From: Nitrospirota bacterium
Lineage (GTDB): Bacteria; Nitrospirota; Thermodesulfovibrionia; Thermodesulfovibrionales; Dissulfurispiraceae
NCBI GenBank assembly: GCA_963790025.1
Contig: CAWBMP010000003.1
Coordinates: 212,799 to 276,798, forward strand
DNA: 64,000 bases
Direction of reading: 5' to 3'
Part shown: positions 9,271 to 18,847 of the stretch, piece by piece
How positions within the stretch are numbered: position 1 is the first letter of the stretch
How the letters are laid out: each line of letters starts with the position of its first letter
Translations under genes and position numbers: made by a program
Notes under the pieces: model-generated
Database searches by the model: none
What the model was told of the DNA's origin: nothing
Seen by the model: only the letters and a program-made list of their open reading frames with translations

Positions 9271-11303
9271 AGCGCATACTGTGGCTTTTCTTTCTGACTG
9301 CGGCAGCGGTTGCGTCCCCCTCCGTTGCCATGTGCGACATGCAGCAGTTCATACCGAGGATCATAGATTACAGCGGGGAGTTCGACATCTATATGCTGCG
9401 TCAGGCAAACGACAATAAAACGACAAGTGCAAGGACATCGACAGTCGATACTTCCGCCATCGAACAGTTCAGGCTTTCTTCGGCCGGGTATATATACCAC
9501 CCGGCATTAATAACGTTTCTCGCGAGCGGATCTTTTGGCCTGCTCCAGGACCAGTTCAAAAACAACGGTACTGCGGCTCCCTGGAGCAACACCGATGCCA
9601 ACGAGTATAACCTGACGCTTCATGTTCTCCCTGAAAAACAGTATTCCCTCGACCTGCTCACCTCGCGTTCGGAGCCTTTTGCGAGTACAGGAGCATTCAC
9701 CAATATTCGGCCGGTCACTTACGTCAACAGTGCGACTTTTTACTATCGTGGAAGTCCCATAAACTTTTCCACCGGCTACACCGATACCAGGACCGTATCT
9801 GACACAACGACAGACTCACGCTTGCTCAACTTTCAGGCCCAACATGGCGTGCAGCACAGCTTCACTTCTGTCGGATATAGCCGCAGCGACAGCACATCCA
9901 GTGCGGGGACCGATTATTCCAGGGACTATTATCTCCTGTCTAATCAGCTGCAGTTCGAGCGGCTGCTCCTGCGCAGCGAGCTCAAGTATGATGACTATAA
10001 TAACAAAGACCTTTTTCAAACCACTGACGGCACCGACAACTCATGGACCGAATATCTGCACCTGAAACTTCCCTGGCGTTTCGAATCGGACCTCACTTAC
10101 AGCCGGACATACAGCGATTCAAAGTCCGTGCCCATCGCCAACTCCGCTGCTTCGGCGCCGCAGAAGCAGTCCAATACGAACGATTCGCTCAATGAGGTTT
10201 TATCGCATCGCCTCGGTGAGAGCCTGTTCACATCATACGCGTACAATGACACTACCAACAAATCTTCGGGTGGACAGTCCGACAACAATAGCAATTCGGT
10301 GAGTGTCTTATACACGAAAAAGATCCCCTGGGGAACATTTACAGCAGGGACCGGCTACACCGTTATGAAGACAGACAATATCGGGTCTGTCATTACGCTG
10401 AACGAGGTACATACGTCAAAGGCCGATGGAATAGATTCCTTCACCCTGCAGCCCGGCTTGATCGACCCTGCTACGATCGTTGTAGATCTCGTCGCACCCG
10501 GGACCGGGATCATCTATCCGTTGGTCAATAACGTAAATTACCTGATCGACCATATCGGCAATACGTTCAGGATCACGGTCCAGTCGTTCTTTCTCTTCCC
10601 TGTCCCCGGGTTTACCCCCAATCCGGACATCAATTTTGCATACACCTATAATGTGACCTATAGAAGCACGCAGGGGACATTCGGCCTCCAGACAAACACC
10701 ATCGCCTACAACGCCGGTCTTGCGCTCTTCGCGAACCTTCTCAACCCATATTATAGCCATCAGCAGTCTGACCAGACCTTGGTGTCGGGTTTTTTTCCGG
10801 GAGAGTTATCGAGCTTTACAGTGGACACGGAGGGCATCGTGGTCCAGAAAGCGCCTTTCAGGCTTTCGACAGAATACCAGAAGTATGACTCCGCAAGCAA
10901 CCCGAGCAGGACCTGGAGGTCGCGGTTCGACTTCTGGGAGAACATGATGCGCTCGCTGTCCCTTTCGGCAGGGGTTTTCTATAACAAGAGCAACTTTTTG
11001 CAGAGCCAGTCCGGTGCCGGACTGACAAGCCCTTATTCCCAAACAGTGCGCGGGGTGAATGTCTCTGTACAGAAAATATTCCCATGGAACCTGAACCTAT
11101 CGGGATCAGGCTATTTTGCGCAAACGACCGGACGCACCGAGTCAAACAACTATTCACTGAACGGGGTGCTAACATGGCGGGTGGGCAGGCTGTCTGTTGA
11201 TTTGCAGACGACATATCAACTCGTTGATTCGGTAATTAGTGGTGCAAAACAAACGACTGCCTCAACCATGTACCTGCTCAGGATACGAAGACAGTTGTTT
11301 TAG
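9267..11303 (+). CDS. Putative outer-membrane beta-barrel protein
   Basis: Signal peptide, alternating S/T/Y/N-rich amphipathic strands, C-terminal Phe (LRIRRQLF); located among cytochrome genes. Confidence 0.75.
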   Translation: MKRILWLFFLTAAAVASPSVAMCDMQQFIPRIIDYSGEFDIYMLRQANDNKTTSARTSTVDTSAIEQFRLSSAGYIYHPALITFLASGSFGLLQDQFKNNGTAAPWSNTDANEYNLTLHVLPEKQYSLDLLTSRSEPFASTGAFTNIRPVTYVNSATFYYRGSPINFSTGYTDTRTVSDTTTDSRLLNFQAQHGVQHSFTSVGYSRSDSTSSAGTDYSRDYYLLSNQLQFERLLLRSELKYDDYNNKDLFQTTDGTDNSWTEYLHLKLPWRFESDLTYSRTYSDSKSVPIANSAASAPQKQSNTNDSLNEVLSHRLGESLFTSYAYNDTTNKSSGGQSDNNSNSVSVLYTKKIPWGTFTAGTGYTVMKTDNIGSVITLNEVHTSKADGIDSFTLQPGLIDPATIVVDLVAPGTGIIYPLVNNVNYLIDHIGNTFRITVQSFFLFPVPGFTPNPDINFAYTYNVTYRSTQGTFGLQTNTIAYNAGLALFANLLNPYYSHQQSDQTLVSGFFPGELSSFTVDTEGIVVQKAPFRLSTEYQKYDSASNPSRTWRSRFDFWENMMRSLSLSAGVFYNKSNFLQSQSGAGLTSPYSQTVRGVNVSVQKIFPWNLNLSGSGYFAQTTGRTESNNYSLNGVLTWRVGRLSVDLQTTYQLVDSVISGAKQTTASTMYLLRIRRQLF

Positions 11304-11355
11304 CGGGTAAACTGCTTCATTTTGTTGGAAGTTTAAATTAAGGAGGAGGAAAAAT

Positions 11356-12411
11356 ATGAGAGCGGTAATTTTGGCGGTTGCACTGGTGCTGTGGGCTTTA
11401 TCGGCGCTCGCGGGCATCACGTTTGCGGAAGAAAAAGAGGTGAAGCCGGAGACGCCTGCGGCTGCGGGGGAAAAGAAACAGCCGGTCAGGCTGTCTCAGG
11501 AGGAAGCCGGAAAGATTGTTGCAGCCAGGGTCAACGGAGTCGACATTATGCTCGATTCGGTGATGGCGATGGCGGCCCAGCTCAGCTCACAACTGCCGGC
11601 TGGTCACGGACCTCACGGTCCCGGCCAGGGGCCTGATATTGAAACAGTTCAGAAAGAGGCGCTCAACAGGCTCATATTGCAGGAACTGGCATATCAAAAG
11701 GCAAAGACAGAGGGTATCCAGGTGGAACAGAGCGCCATCGATGAAGTTTTTATGACGATCAAAGAGAAATCAGGCGGTGCAGATGCATTCAAACAGATCA
11801 TGGCAAATGAAAAGCTGACAGAAGATGCGCTCAGGGGGCAGATTGCAAGGAACCTTGCGATCGAACGCATTTATGCCAGAGAGATACGGGATAAGAACTT
11901 CAGCGTGCCGCAAGACAAAATGAAAGAAGAATACGAGAAAAACAAGGCCCAGTTCATTCAGCGGGAAAAGATCAGCCTTGTCGACGTCGTTCTTTTCCTG
12001 GATGTTGCAGACAAGGGGTCTGCCGCAAAGGCGGAAGAGGTCCTTAAAAAAATAAGTGAAAATAATAATGACCCTACGAAATTGGTCCAGGACGGCACCT
12101 TTGCCGTGAGGGACTATGAGCCGAAGAAAGACAGGGACAAGGAGCTGATCGAGGCGGCAAGAAAGCTGAAACCGGGCGACATTTCTGGTATTATAACTAC
12201 TGGCGACAGCATGCACATAATAAAGCTGATCGATTATAAGCCCGAAAAACAACTTTCGTATGAGGAAGTGAAGTCTCTTATAGAGCGCAAGCTTGCCGCG
12301 GATGAGCAGAACCGGAGGGCAAAGGAATGGTTCGAGGGACTGAAGAAGGATGCGAAGATAGAGGTGCTGGTTCATCCGGCAGACGAAAAGAAAGCCGGGC
12401 AGACGAAATAG
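11356..12411 (+). CDS. SurA/PrsA-type peptidyl-prolyl isomerase chaperone
   Basis: IVAARVNG, LNRLILQEL SurA-N motifs; LKPGDISGIITT...HIIKL rotamase motif; ends LKKDAKIEV. Confidence 0.85.
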   Translation: MRAVILAVALVLWALSALAGITFAEEKEVKPETPAAAGEKKQPVRLSQEEAGKIVAARVNGVDIMLDSVMAMAAQLSSQLPAGHGPHGPGQGPDIETVQKEALNRLILQELAYQKAKTEGIQVEQSAIDEVFMTIKEKSGGADAFKQIMANEKLTEDALRGQIARNLAIERIYAREIRDKNFSVPQDKMKEEYEKNKAQFIQREKISLVDVVLFLDVADKGSAAKAEEVLKKISENNNDPTKLVQDGTFAVRDYEPKKDRDKELIEAARKLKPGDISGIITTGDSMHIIKLIDYKPEKQLSYEEVKSLIERKLAADEQNRRAKEWFEGLKKDAKIEVLVHPADEKKAGQTK

Positions 12412-12441
12412 TATAAACGCAATACGGAGAATACTGACCGG

Positions 12442-13476
12442 ATGACGAAAATAGGAAAAAAGGGTCCTCTCATACTACTTTTTCTGGCCTTTTTAGCTAC
12501 GGCAGGGTGTGCCTCTTCCAAATGGGCGCTCGACAGCCAGGTTTCTGAGAAGCAGCTCTACTGGATGGAGGCGCCAGGGGTGGGAAAGGTCAAGCACTTT
12601 ATGTCCATAAAGGGGTTCGGAGAGACGAACTCTTCGATCCGGACATTTCTCTTCGGCACTGGAAAAAGCGTGCTGGAGCGTCCTGTCGCCTTTGCCTCGG
12701 CCAGTGACGGCAGATTTGCCATTGCCGACGCAGGCGCCCGCTGCGTACATTATTATGTCCCGGCTGAGCAGCGGTATTTGAAGCTGTCGACGCTGGGACA
12801 AGCGGACATTGCTTCTCCAGTGGGTGTTGCGTTCGACGACGAGCTCAGATTGTATATAGCCGATTCTGCACTGGGGAATATCTTCGTTGTCGACAAAAAC
12901 GGGGCCTATGTTTCTTCGATTTCCACTGCACTCGGCGTACCGTTGAAACGGCCCACAGGCCTGGCCTTCGATGTCGACAATAAGCTGCTTTACGCAGTAG
13001 ACACTCTTGCCAACGCGGTCTATGCATTCGATAAAAAAGGCGTGGCCGTATCTTCTTTCGGCCACAGAGGGGACAAGGAGGGAGAGTTTAATTTCCCGAC
13101 GCATCTGTTCTGGTCTCCCGCTGACCTGCTGTATGTCACCGACTCCATGAACTTCAGGATACAGGTGTTCACAACTGCCGGCAAGCTGGTGGCTACCTTC
13201 GGGCACCACGGCGATGGCTCAGGTGATTTTGCCTCTCCGAAAGGGGTGGCTGTCGACAGGAAAGGAGTGATCTATGTCGCTGATATGCTCTTCGATAATA
13301 TCCAGTTGTTCGATGAAAGAGGTACTTTCCTTTTGACCCTCGGCAGTCAGGGTATTGAAGAGGGCGAGTTCTGGCTCCCTTCCGGGCTGTATATGGATGA
13401 TCATGAAACATTGTATGTTTGCGACACCTTTAACGCAAGGGTGCAGGTCTTCAAGATCATGGAGGAATTGCCATGA
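12442..13476 (+). CDS. NHL-repeat beta-propeller lipoprotein
   Basis: Lipobox ATAGC; GEFNFPT, YVTDSMNFRIQVF, FASPKGVAVD repeats. Confidence 0.9.
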   Translation: MTKIGKKGPLILLFLAFLATAGCASSKWALDSQVSEKQLYWMEAPGVGKVKHFMSIKGFGETNSSIRTFLFGTGKSVLERPVAFASASDGRFAIADAGARCVHYYVPAEQRYLKLSTLGQADIASPVGVAFDDELRLYIADSALGNIFVVDKNGAYVSSISTALGVPLKRPTGLAFDVDNKLLYAVDTLANAVYAFDKKGVAVSSFGHRGDKEGEFNFPTHLFWSPADLLYVTDSMNFRIQVFTTAGKLVATFGHHGDGSGDFASPKGVAVDRKGVIYVADMLFDNIQLFDERGTFLLTLGSQGIEEGEFWLPSGLYMDDHETLYVCDTFNARVQVFKIMEELP

Positions 13477-15272
13477 GTACTGATATGGCCGAAGTATTTG
13501 AAACGCGCAAAAGCCGGCAAGCCGGCATAGCTGCAGGCTTTATCACCCTGTCTCTGTGTTTACTGCTATTGTCCCCCGCTTATGGAGCCAGGCCGAGCAT
13601 TATAAGCACCAAACACAACCTTTCCGTATCAGGTCCCGGCGAGATTAAGGCGCTTACCGAGACGCGCATATGCGTGTTCTGCCATACGCCGCATAATGCC
13701 GCCCCAAAGACGCCGCTTTGGAACAAGGCCATTCAGCCGGTGACTTATGTATTATATGAGAGCGCAACGCTCCGCGCAAAGCTGAAGCAGCCCTTTGGCC
13801 CTACACGGCTCTGCCTGAGCTGCCACGACGGGACTGTGGCATTGGGCGCGGTCTTGCAGCCTTCCGGGTCAATAGCGATGACATCGGCAACTATTCCCAC
13901 TGGAAGGGCCTCGTATATCGGGACATATCTGAGGGGAGATCATCCGGTGGCTTTTTCCTATTACGATTCCCTCAGCAACGCGGAAATCAATCCCAGACTG
14001 CCGTCGTCCCTCGTGTTCTATTACGGCGGCACCGTCCACTGCACGACCTGCCACGATCCTCATGAAGACAGGTACAAGTCTCCCGACAAAACGGGGTTTC
14101 TTACCGGTAAGTTCCTGCTTGTGAACAACAGATACACTGCCTTGTGCACAATGTGCCACACAAAAAATGGGTGGAGTGCCGGCACCCACGCATTATCAGG
14201 CGCCCAGATAAACGGGGTGCTGCCGGTTGCGCCCAGAAAATGGCCTGCCTGGATGACTGTGGGCGAGTGGGGGTGTGAGGGCTGCCACGTATCGCATAGC
14301 GGCGGCAGCCAGCAATGGCTTCTTTATAATGCCCGGGAAGAGGACAACTGCTATGCATGCCACAAGGGGAATGTGGCCAAAAAGAACATTTATGCGCAGT
14401 TCCAAAAAAGCTCACACCACGCGGTCGAGTATGCGGCCGACGTCCATAGCCCTGTAGAATCTCCGCTTATGATTACCAACCATGTCGAGTGCGACGACTG
14501 CCATAATCCTCATTCGGTATCGGGCGCCACGGCGAGCGCGCCCTATATCTCCGGACGGCTCACCTGGGTCAGCGGCGTGGATCTTAACGGCGCAGCGGTG
14601 ACTCCGGCTTCATATGAATATCAGATATGCTTTAAATGCCACGCGGATTCTACTCCGTCCATTCTGTTTTCTCCGGGGTACCCCATTCCGCGGGCCATCA
14701 GTACAACAAACCTGAGAACAAAGTTTAATACCATCAACCCGTCATACCACCCGGTTGAGGGGATAGGCAAGGTCATGAGCGTCCCGAGCATCCCCAGTCC
14801 TTATACTCCGACGCTTACCGCGACGAGCTCAATTTATTGCACTGATTGTCATGACAGTGACGAAAGCAGTTCGGCAGGTGGATCGGGCCCAAGGGGGCCT
14901 CACGGCTCGGTCTATCCGCCGATTCTCTTGATGCAGTATACAACGTATGACAATACTATAGAGAGTTTTCAGAATTATGCGCTGTGCTACCGCTGCCACA
15001 ACAGGGACACGGTCCTCTCAAGCCGGAGCTTCAAGAAGCACCAGACGCATGTTATAAACGACCAGGCGCCCTGCTCGGTCTGCCATGACCCTCACGGCGT
15101 GCCGTCTGACGCAGGGGTGACCGGCAGCCATACGCATCTTATCAATTTTAATACCAGCATTGCCAGGCCTGTTTCGGGCCAGGTCTATCCCCTTTATACG
15201 GACAATGGAAATGGGACAGGCAGTTGCACCCTTATCTGCCACGGCATGACGCATGTGAACCTGTCGTATTGA
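13473..15272 (+). CDS. 12-heme cytochrome c with OmcE-like N-terminal module
   Basis: 11 CXXCH plus terminal CTLICH; N-terminus KHNLS...ICVFCHTPHNA...PLWN...LCLSCHDG...DHPVAF parallels 6358-7212. Confidence 0.9.
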   Translation: MSTDMAEVFETRKSRQAGIAAGFITLSLCLLLLSPAYGARPSIISTKHNLSVSGPGEIKALTETRICVFCHTPHNAAPKTPLWNKAIQPVTYVLYESATLRAKLKQPFGPTRLCLSCHDGTVALGAVLQPSGSIAMTSATIPTGRASYIGTYLRGDHPVAFSYYDSLSNAEINPRLPSSLVFYYGGTVHCTTCHDPHEDRYKSPDKTGFLTGKFLLVNNRYTALCTMCHTKNGWSAGTHALSGAQINGVLPVAPRKWPAWMTVGEWGCEGCHVSHSGGSQQWLLYNAREEDNCYACHKGNVAKKNIYAQFQKSSHHAVEYAADVHSPVESPLMITNHVECDDCHNPHSVSGATASAPYISGRLTWVSGVDLNGAAVTPASYEYQICFKCHADSTPSILFSPGYPIPRAISTTNLRTKFNTINPSYHPVEGIGKVMSVPSIPSPYTPTLTATSSIYCTDCHDSDESSSAGGSGPRGPHGSVYPPILLMQYTTYDNTIESFQNYALCYRCHNRDTVLSSRSFKKHQTHVINDQAPCSVCHDPHGVPSDAGVTGSHTHLINFNTSIARPVSGQVYPLYTDNGNGTGSCTLICHGMTHVNLSY

Positions 15273-15327
15273 AGATTAGATGGAACTGTTTGCCGAATAC
15301 TTGCACACATTAAACAAAGGAGTCATT

Positions 15328-16068
15328 ATGAAAAAATCTTTGGTAGTTTTTGCCGCATTGTCTTTTATCGTATTGCCGTTTGCGGGCAGGAGCGCATACG
15401 CCACTTCTGACGGCGCTTCGGCAGCGCAGCCCGCATCACAACCTTCACAGCCGCAGAGACAGGAGGACTCCTCCCTTTCCGGCAAAGTAGTAGAAACCAT
15501 GACCAGCGGCGGTTACACATACGCCCTTATTGAGAAGAACGGCAAAAAAACCTGGGTGGCAGTGCCTGCAACAAAAATATCGGTCGGTCAGCAGGTATCG
15601 TTCAGGCCGGGAGTGGCCATGGGTAATTTTGAGAGCAAGACGCTTAATCGCAAGTTCGACAACATAATTTTTTCTACGGGGCTGCTTGGCCAGGCGCCTA
15701 TGGCCCATGGCACTGAAATTTCTTCGGACAAGCAGACTGCCGGGACCGCTACCGCTAAAAAAATAAAGATAGAGAAGGCCCAGGGGCCGAATGCTTACAC
15801 TATAAATCAGCTCGTCAAAGACAGTGCCAGACTTGACAAGCATCCGGTAATCGTCAGGGGGGAGGTAGTCAAGGTTTCCCAGAAAATAATGGGAAAAAAC
15901 TGGGTCCATATAGTTGACAACAGCGCCACGGACCATCTTGTTGTCACCTCGCAGGATTTGCCCAAGGTGGGAGATGTCGTTACCGTAAGCGGCACTCTTC
16001 ATAGAGATAAGGATTTTGGCAGCGGCTATAAGTATGCGGTGATCATCGAAGATGCGTCGATTAAATAG
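15328..16068 (+). CDS. Exported two-OB-fold protein (NrfJ-related type)
   Basis: ATG 15328 after AAGGAG; signal peptide; GKVVETM...GGYTY...WVA and IMGKNWVH...DKDFGSGYKY motifs. Confidence 0.7.
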   Translation: MKKSLVVFAALSFIVLPFAGRSAYATSDGASAAQPASQPSQPQRQEDSSLSGKVVETMTSGGYTYALIEKNGKKTWVAVPATKISVGQQVSFRPGVAMGNFESKTLNRKFDNIIFSTGLLGQAPMAHGTEISSDKQTAGTATAKKIKIEKAQGPNAYTINQLVKDSARLDKHPVIVRGEVVKVSQKIMGKNWVHIVDNSATDHLVVTSQDLPKVGDVVTVSGTLHRDKDFGSGYKYAVIIEDASIK

Positions 16069-16075
16069 CTCTATT

Positions 16076-16864
16076 CTAAAACTGTTTCATGGCAGGATGA
16101 CATCGTACACAATCGTCCAGGGGAAAGGCGACTCTGAGATGGCAAACTCCACAAGACTCCCCCCTGATCATGTAACTCATCCGCAGGCTTTCAGTCGTCT
16201 TTTTCTTTATGTTGAAAAGATCGGGATGGCAGCTGGAACAATCGAGCCATAACTCGTGTGTCTTATGGGGGAAGATCGCGGAAGATATACCGCTCATCTC
16301 TGCCTGAAGCGTAAGGGTCTTGATGTTGACCAGCTCCTTTTTTCTGTCTGAAAGGCTGTCGGCCGGTTTTATGACGCCATCTTCCAGGGCCCTGGACCAG
16401 TTAATCTCATTGCCGTATTTAGCGGGGGGCAGCGTTTTCTGGAGTGCCCTGAATTTTGTCCATTCAGAGCTTGCATTGAACCCATGGCAACCGGTGCAAT
16501 TTATACCGGTCGCATCTTTTGGAGCAAAAGAAATCTTTCCGTTATGGCAGGTTACGCAGTACTTACCGCCCATCCGTCCGTTGTCGCAGACGATAGGGGT
16601 CTCTTTGGCCCTCATCGAGAACTCAAGCTCATAATGGCAGACCCTGCAGGTATATTTGATCCTGTGTATCCAGTGAGGAAATCTAACGGCCCCCAGGTTT
16701 TCGGCAGCAGAGGCCCCACCCATAAAAATATCGCCATAAGTTTCAGGAGACGGCATTGGGGGGAGTCCAAACATACTCTGCCCAAAGGAGCTACCCGATT
16801 GGGCGCACAATAGTTGCACAGGAAGGACGATAACTGCTAATACGAGGAAAAGAGATTGCTTCAT
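16076..16864 (-). CDS. Hexaheme cytochrome with two c7-type triheme domains
   Basis: FPHWIH..CRVCH, CVTCH, CTGCH; FPHKTH..CSSCH, CGVCH, CVRCH. Confidence 0.9.
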   Translation of the reverse strand: MKQSLFLVLAVIVLPVQLLCAQSGSSFGQSMFGLPPMPSPETYGDIFMGGASAAENLGAVRFPHWIHRIKYTCRVCHYELEFSMRAKETPIVCDNGRMGGKYCVTCHNGKISFAPKDATGINCTGCHGFNASSEWTKFRALQKTLPPAKYGNEINWSRALEDGVIKPADSLSDRKKELVNIKTLTLQAEMSGISSAIFPHKTHELWLDCSSCHPDLFNIKKKTTESLRMSYMIRGESCGVCHLRVAFPLDDCVRCHPAMKQF

Positions 16865-16926
16865 CTTTAATAATTATACATGATTTTGCAGATATGTGTT
16901 GTCCCCACTTTAGGCTCACGCCCTGC

Positions 16927-17568
16927 TTACTTTGGAACGAATACGCCATGCCTGTCGAGTATCTTCCTGAACTCCGTATTCTTCCGGATATTGTTTAGAT
17001 CGGGATCCGTGCGCAGATAATCGTAATCTTTGAAACCAAGCACAAGGGCCTTGTCAAGGTATTCGAGGGCGGGCGCGGACTGCTTCTGAAGGGCATAGAG
17101 TGCAGCAGTATTATAGTACGTAATCGGGTTGTGGGGATTAATTGCCAAAGCCTTGTTAAGGTCATCCTTCGCCTTGTCGAACTTGTTCTGCCGTATGTAT
17201 GCCGCGGCCCTGTCGTTATAAGCCATAACGTACTGCGGATATTGTGCGATTGCTTCAGTGAATTCCCTGATTGCAATATCGTACTCGTGAGAACGCACAT
17301 GTCCTATCCCATTCTGCACATTCCGCAGCGCCTCCTGCGGAATCGCCTCCGGTACATTGCTCCCCTTCTCCGCCGGTGCGGACGGCCGTGCAAGTGAGGA
17401 AGGGGCAGGTACTTTCGGTTGAGTTTTATTGCATCCTGACGAAAGAAACGCGGACTCCAGAAGTGCAGCAGTGACAAGCATAACGGTTGCCGCGTTACGT
17501 ATTCCAAGCATGTATTGCTCCTCCTTGCATATTGTTTTTCGGGAACGCGCATCCATCGCTATCTTCAT
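16927..17568 (-). CDS. TPR-repeat (lipo)protein
   Basis: AYNDRAAAY...ALAINP...YYNTAALY TPR pattern, DPDLNNIR tail; LSSGC lipobox if start is the second Met (about 17511). Confidence 0.85.
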   Translation of the reverse strand: MKIAMDARSRKTICKEEQYMLGIRNAATVMLVTAALLESAFLSSGCNKTQPKVPAPSSLARPSAPAEKGSNVPEAIPQEALRNVQNGIGHVRSHEYDIAIREFTEAIAQYPQYVMAYNDRAAAYIRQNKFDKAKDDLNKALAINPHNPITYYNTAALYALQKQSAPALEYLDKALVLGFKDYDYLRTDPDLNNIRKNTEFRKILDRHGVFVPK

Positions 17569-17885
17569 GGCTTGTCCTTCGATTCAAGCACAAACTTGTA
17601 AAGGGAGCGGCAGTTCTCCAGCCTTTTCAGATATACCTTTTTTGTAATTTCGTCCTGCTTTTCGATAACCGGCCTCAACCTGTCACACCTTTCCACCAAC
17701 TGTGTCAACTGTTCCTTTGTCATGTCCATAGCGTCATCGGTCTGTGAGCATACGGCCTCAAATTCCTTCAGCCATGCATCTTCCGGGCGGGCAATACCGG
17801 GACACAGCAAGGCAGCCGTCAGACTTATGGCCAGCAATATGAGACCGATTGTCCAGGCTGCCTCACTATCCTTCGCTGCCTTCAT
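17565..17885 (-). CDS. Small exported helical protein with Cys residues
   Basis: Signal-like N-terminus; ATGA overlaps with both neighbours. Confidence 0.7.
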   Translation of the reverse strand: MKAAKDSEAAWTIGLILLAISLTAALLCPGIARPEDAWLKEFEAVCSQTDDAMDMTKEQLTQLVERCDRLRPVIEKQDEITKKVYLKRLENCRSLYKFVLESKDKP

Positions 17886-18721
17886 CTCTTCACTCCTTGT
17901 TCGGGTTGCTGTTCAGACGTTTCTTCAACTGGTTTTGAATGGCATCTCTGACAATCAAGCAATGGAAAAGCGACCTTCCCATGGCATACGCCACAGTATT
18001 TGCCCTCAAATATCTCCGGCATGGAGTACTTGGTCAACCCTTTTTTAACTCCTGCGAATATCTCCGGATGGCACAATTCACAACCGTTCCAGACAATATG
18101 TTTCTTGTGTGAAAAAATGATCTGAGGCATGCCCTGGACCTTGGGGTCGAGGGAAAAATCTTTCTGGATTTTGAGCGGCGGTCTCTTCACTGATATTCCC
18201 GGCAGAAAACCAATTGGTTTGATTAACCCATCAGCTTCAGCTTTTTCCCAGTTTATACCGTTACCGAACCGTTCCTTAGGCAGGTTCTCGGCAAACTTGT
18301 TGAAGTCGTATTCTTTTTTTACGTCTTTGCCCAGGGAATGGCATCTCTCACACCTGTTGATATCTTTATGACCATATTCCTTTGAACATGCCTCGAAGAC
18401 CTTCCTGTCCCGCCACTGCATTCTCCCATTATGGCAAGAGCCGCAATAATAGCCTTTCATGTTGTCTTCTGCCCTGATGCCTGTTTCACCGGCCTTCATC
18501 GCAAACGCGATGTCAACATGGCAGAGCCTGCAGGTGAAATTGGACCTGTGAAGCCAGTGGTCAAATACTACAGGGGCCAGATAGGCCTTGACCGAGTAGT
18601 TGTTTATTACCACTCTTCCGTATTCGTAAGGCAAGGGTCTTCTTTTCTTGACGCCTGACTGGGCCAATGCCAGTCCAACAAAAACCAGGCTAAGCACAAT
18701 CATAAAGAACAATTTCTTCAT
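17882..18721 (-). CDS. Hexaheme cytochrome with two c7-type triheme domains (paralog of 16076-16864)
   Basis: FDHWLH..CRLCH, CGSCH, CERCH; FSHKKH..CELCH, CGVCH, CQRCH. Confidence 0.9.
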   Translation of the reverse strand: MKKLFFMIVLSLVFVGLALAQSGVKKRRPLPYEYGRVVINNYSVKAYLAPVVFDHWLHRSNFTCRLCHVDIAFAMKAGETGIRAEDNMKGYYCGSCHNGRMQWRDRKVFEACSKEYGHKDINRCERCHSLGKDVKKEYDFNKFAENLPKERFGNGINWEKAEADGLIKPIGFLPGISVKRPPLKIQKDFSLDPKVQGMPQIIFSHKKHIVWNGCELCHPEIFAGVKKGLTKYSMPEIFEGKYCGVCHGKVAFPLLDCQRCHSKPVEETSEQQPEQGVKR

Positions 18722-18847
18722 TCAGTCCCTCCTCAATGCAAAGGCCTCGTTTGACATCGCCGGCATTCATTAATCCCTAATTATGGAATTCTAACACATT
18801 ATACGTCGCTAAACAATTCTGTTGTCTCACCGAAGGATTGAAGGACA

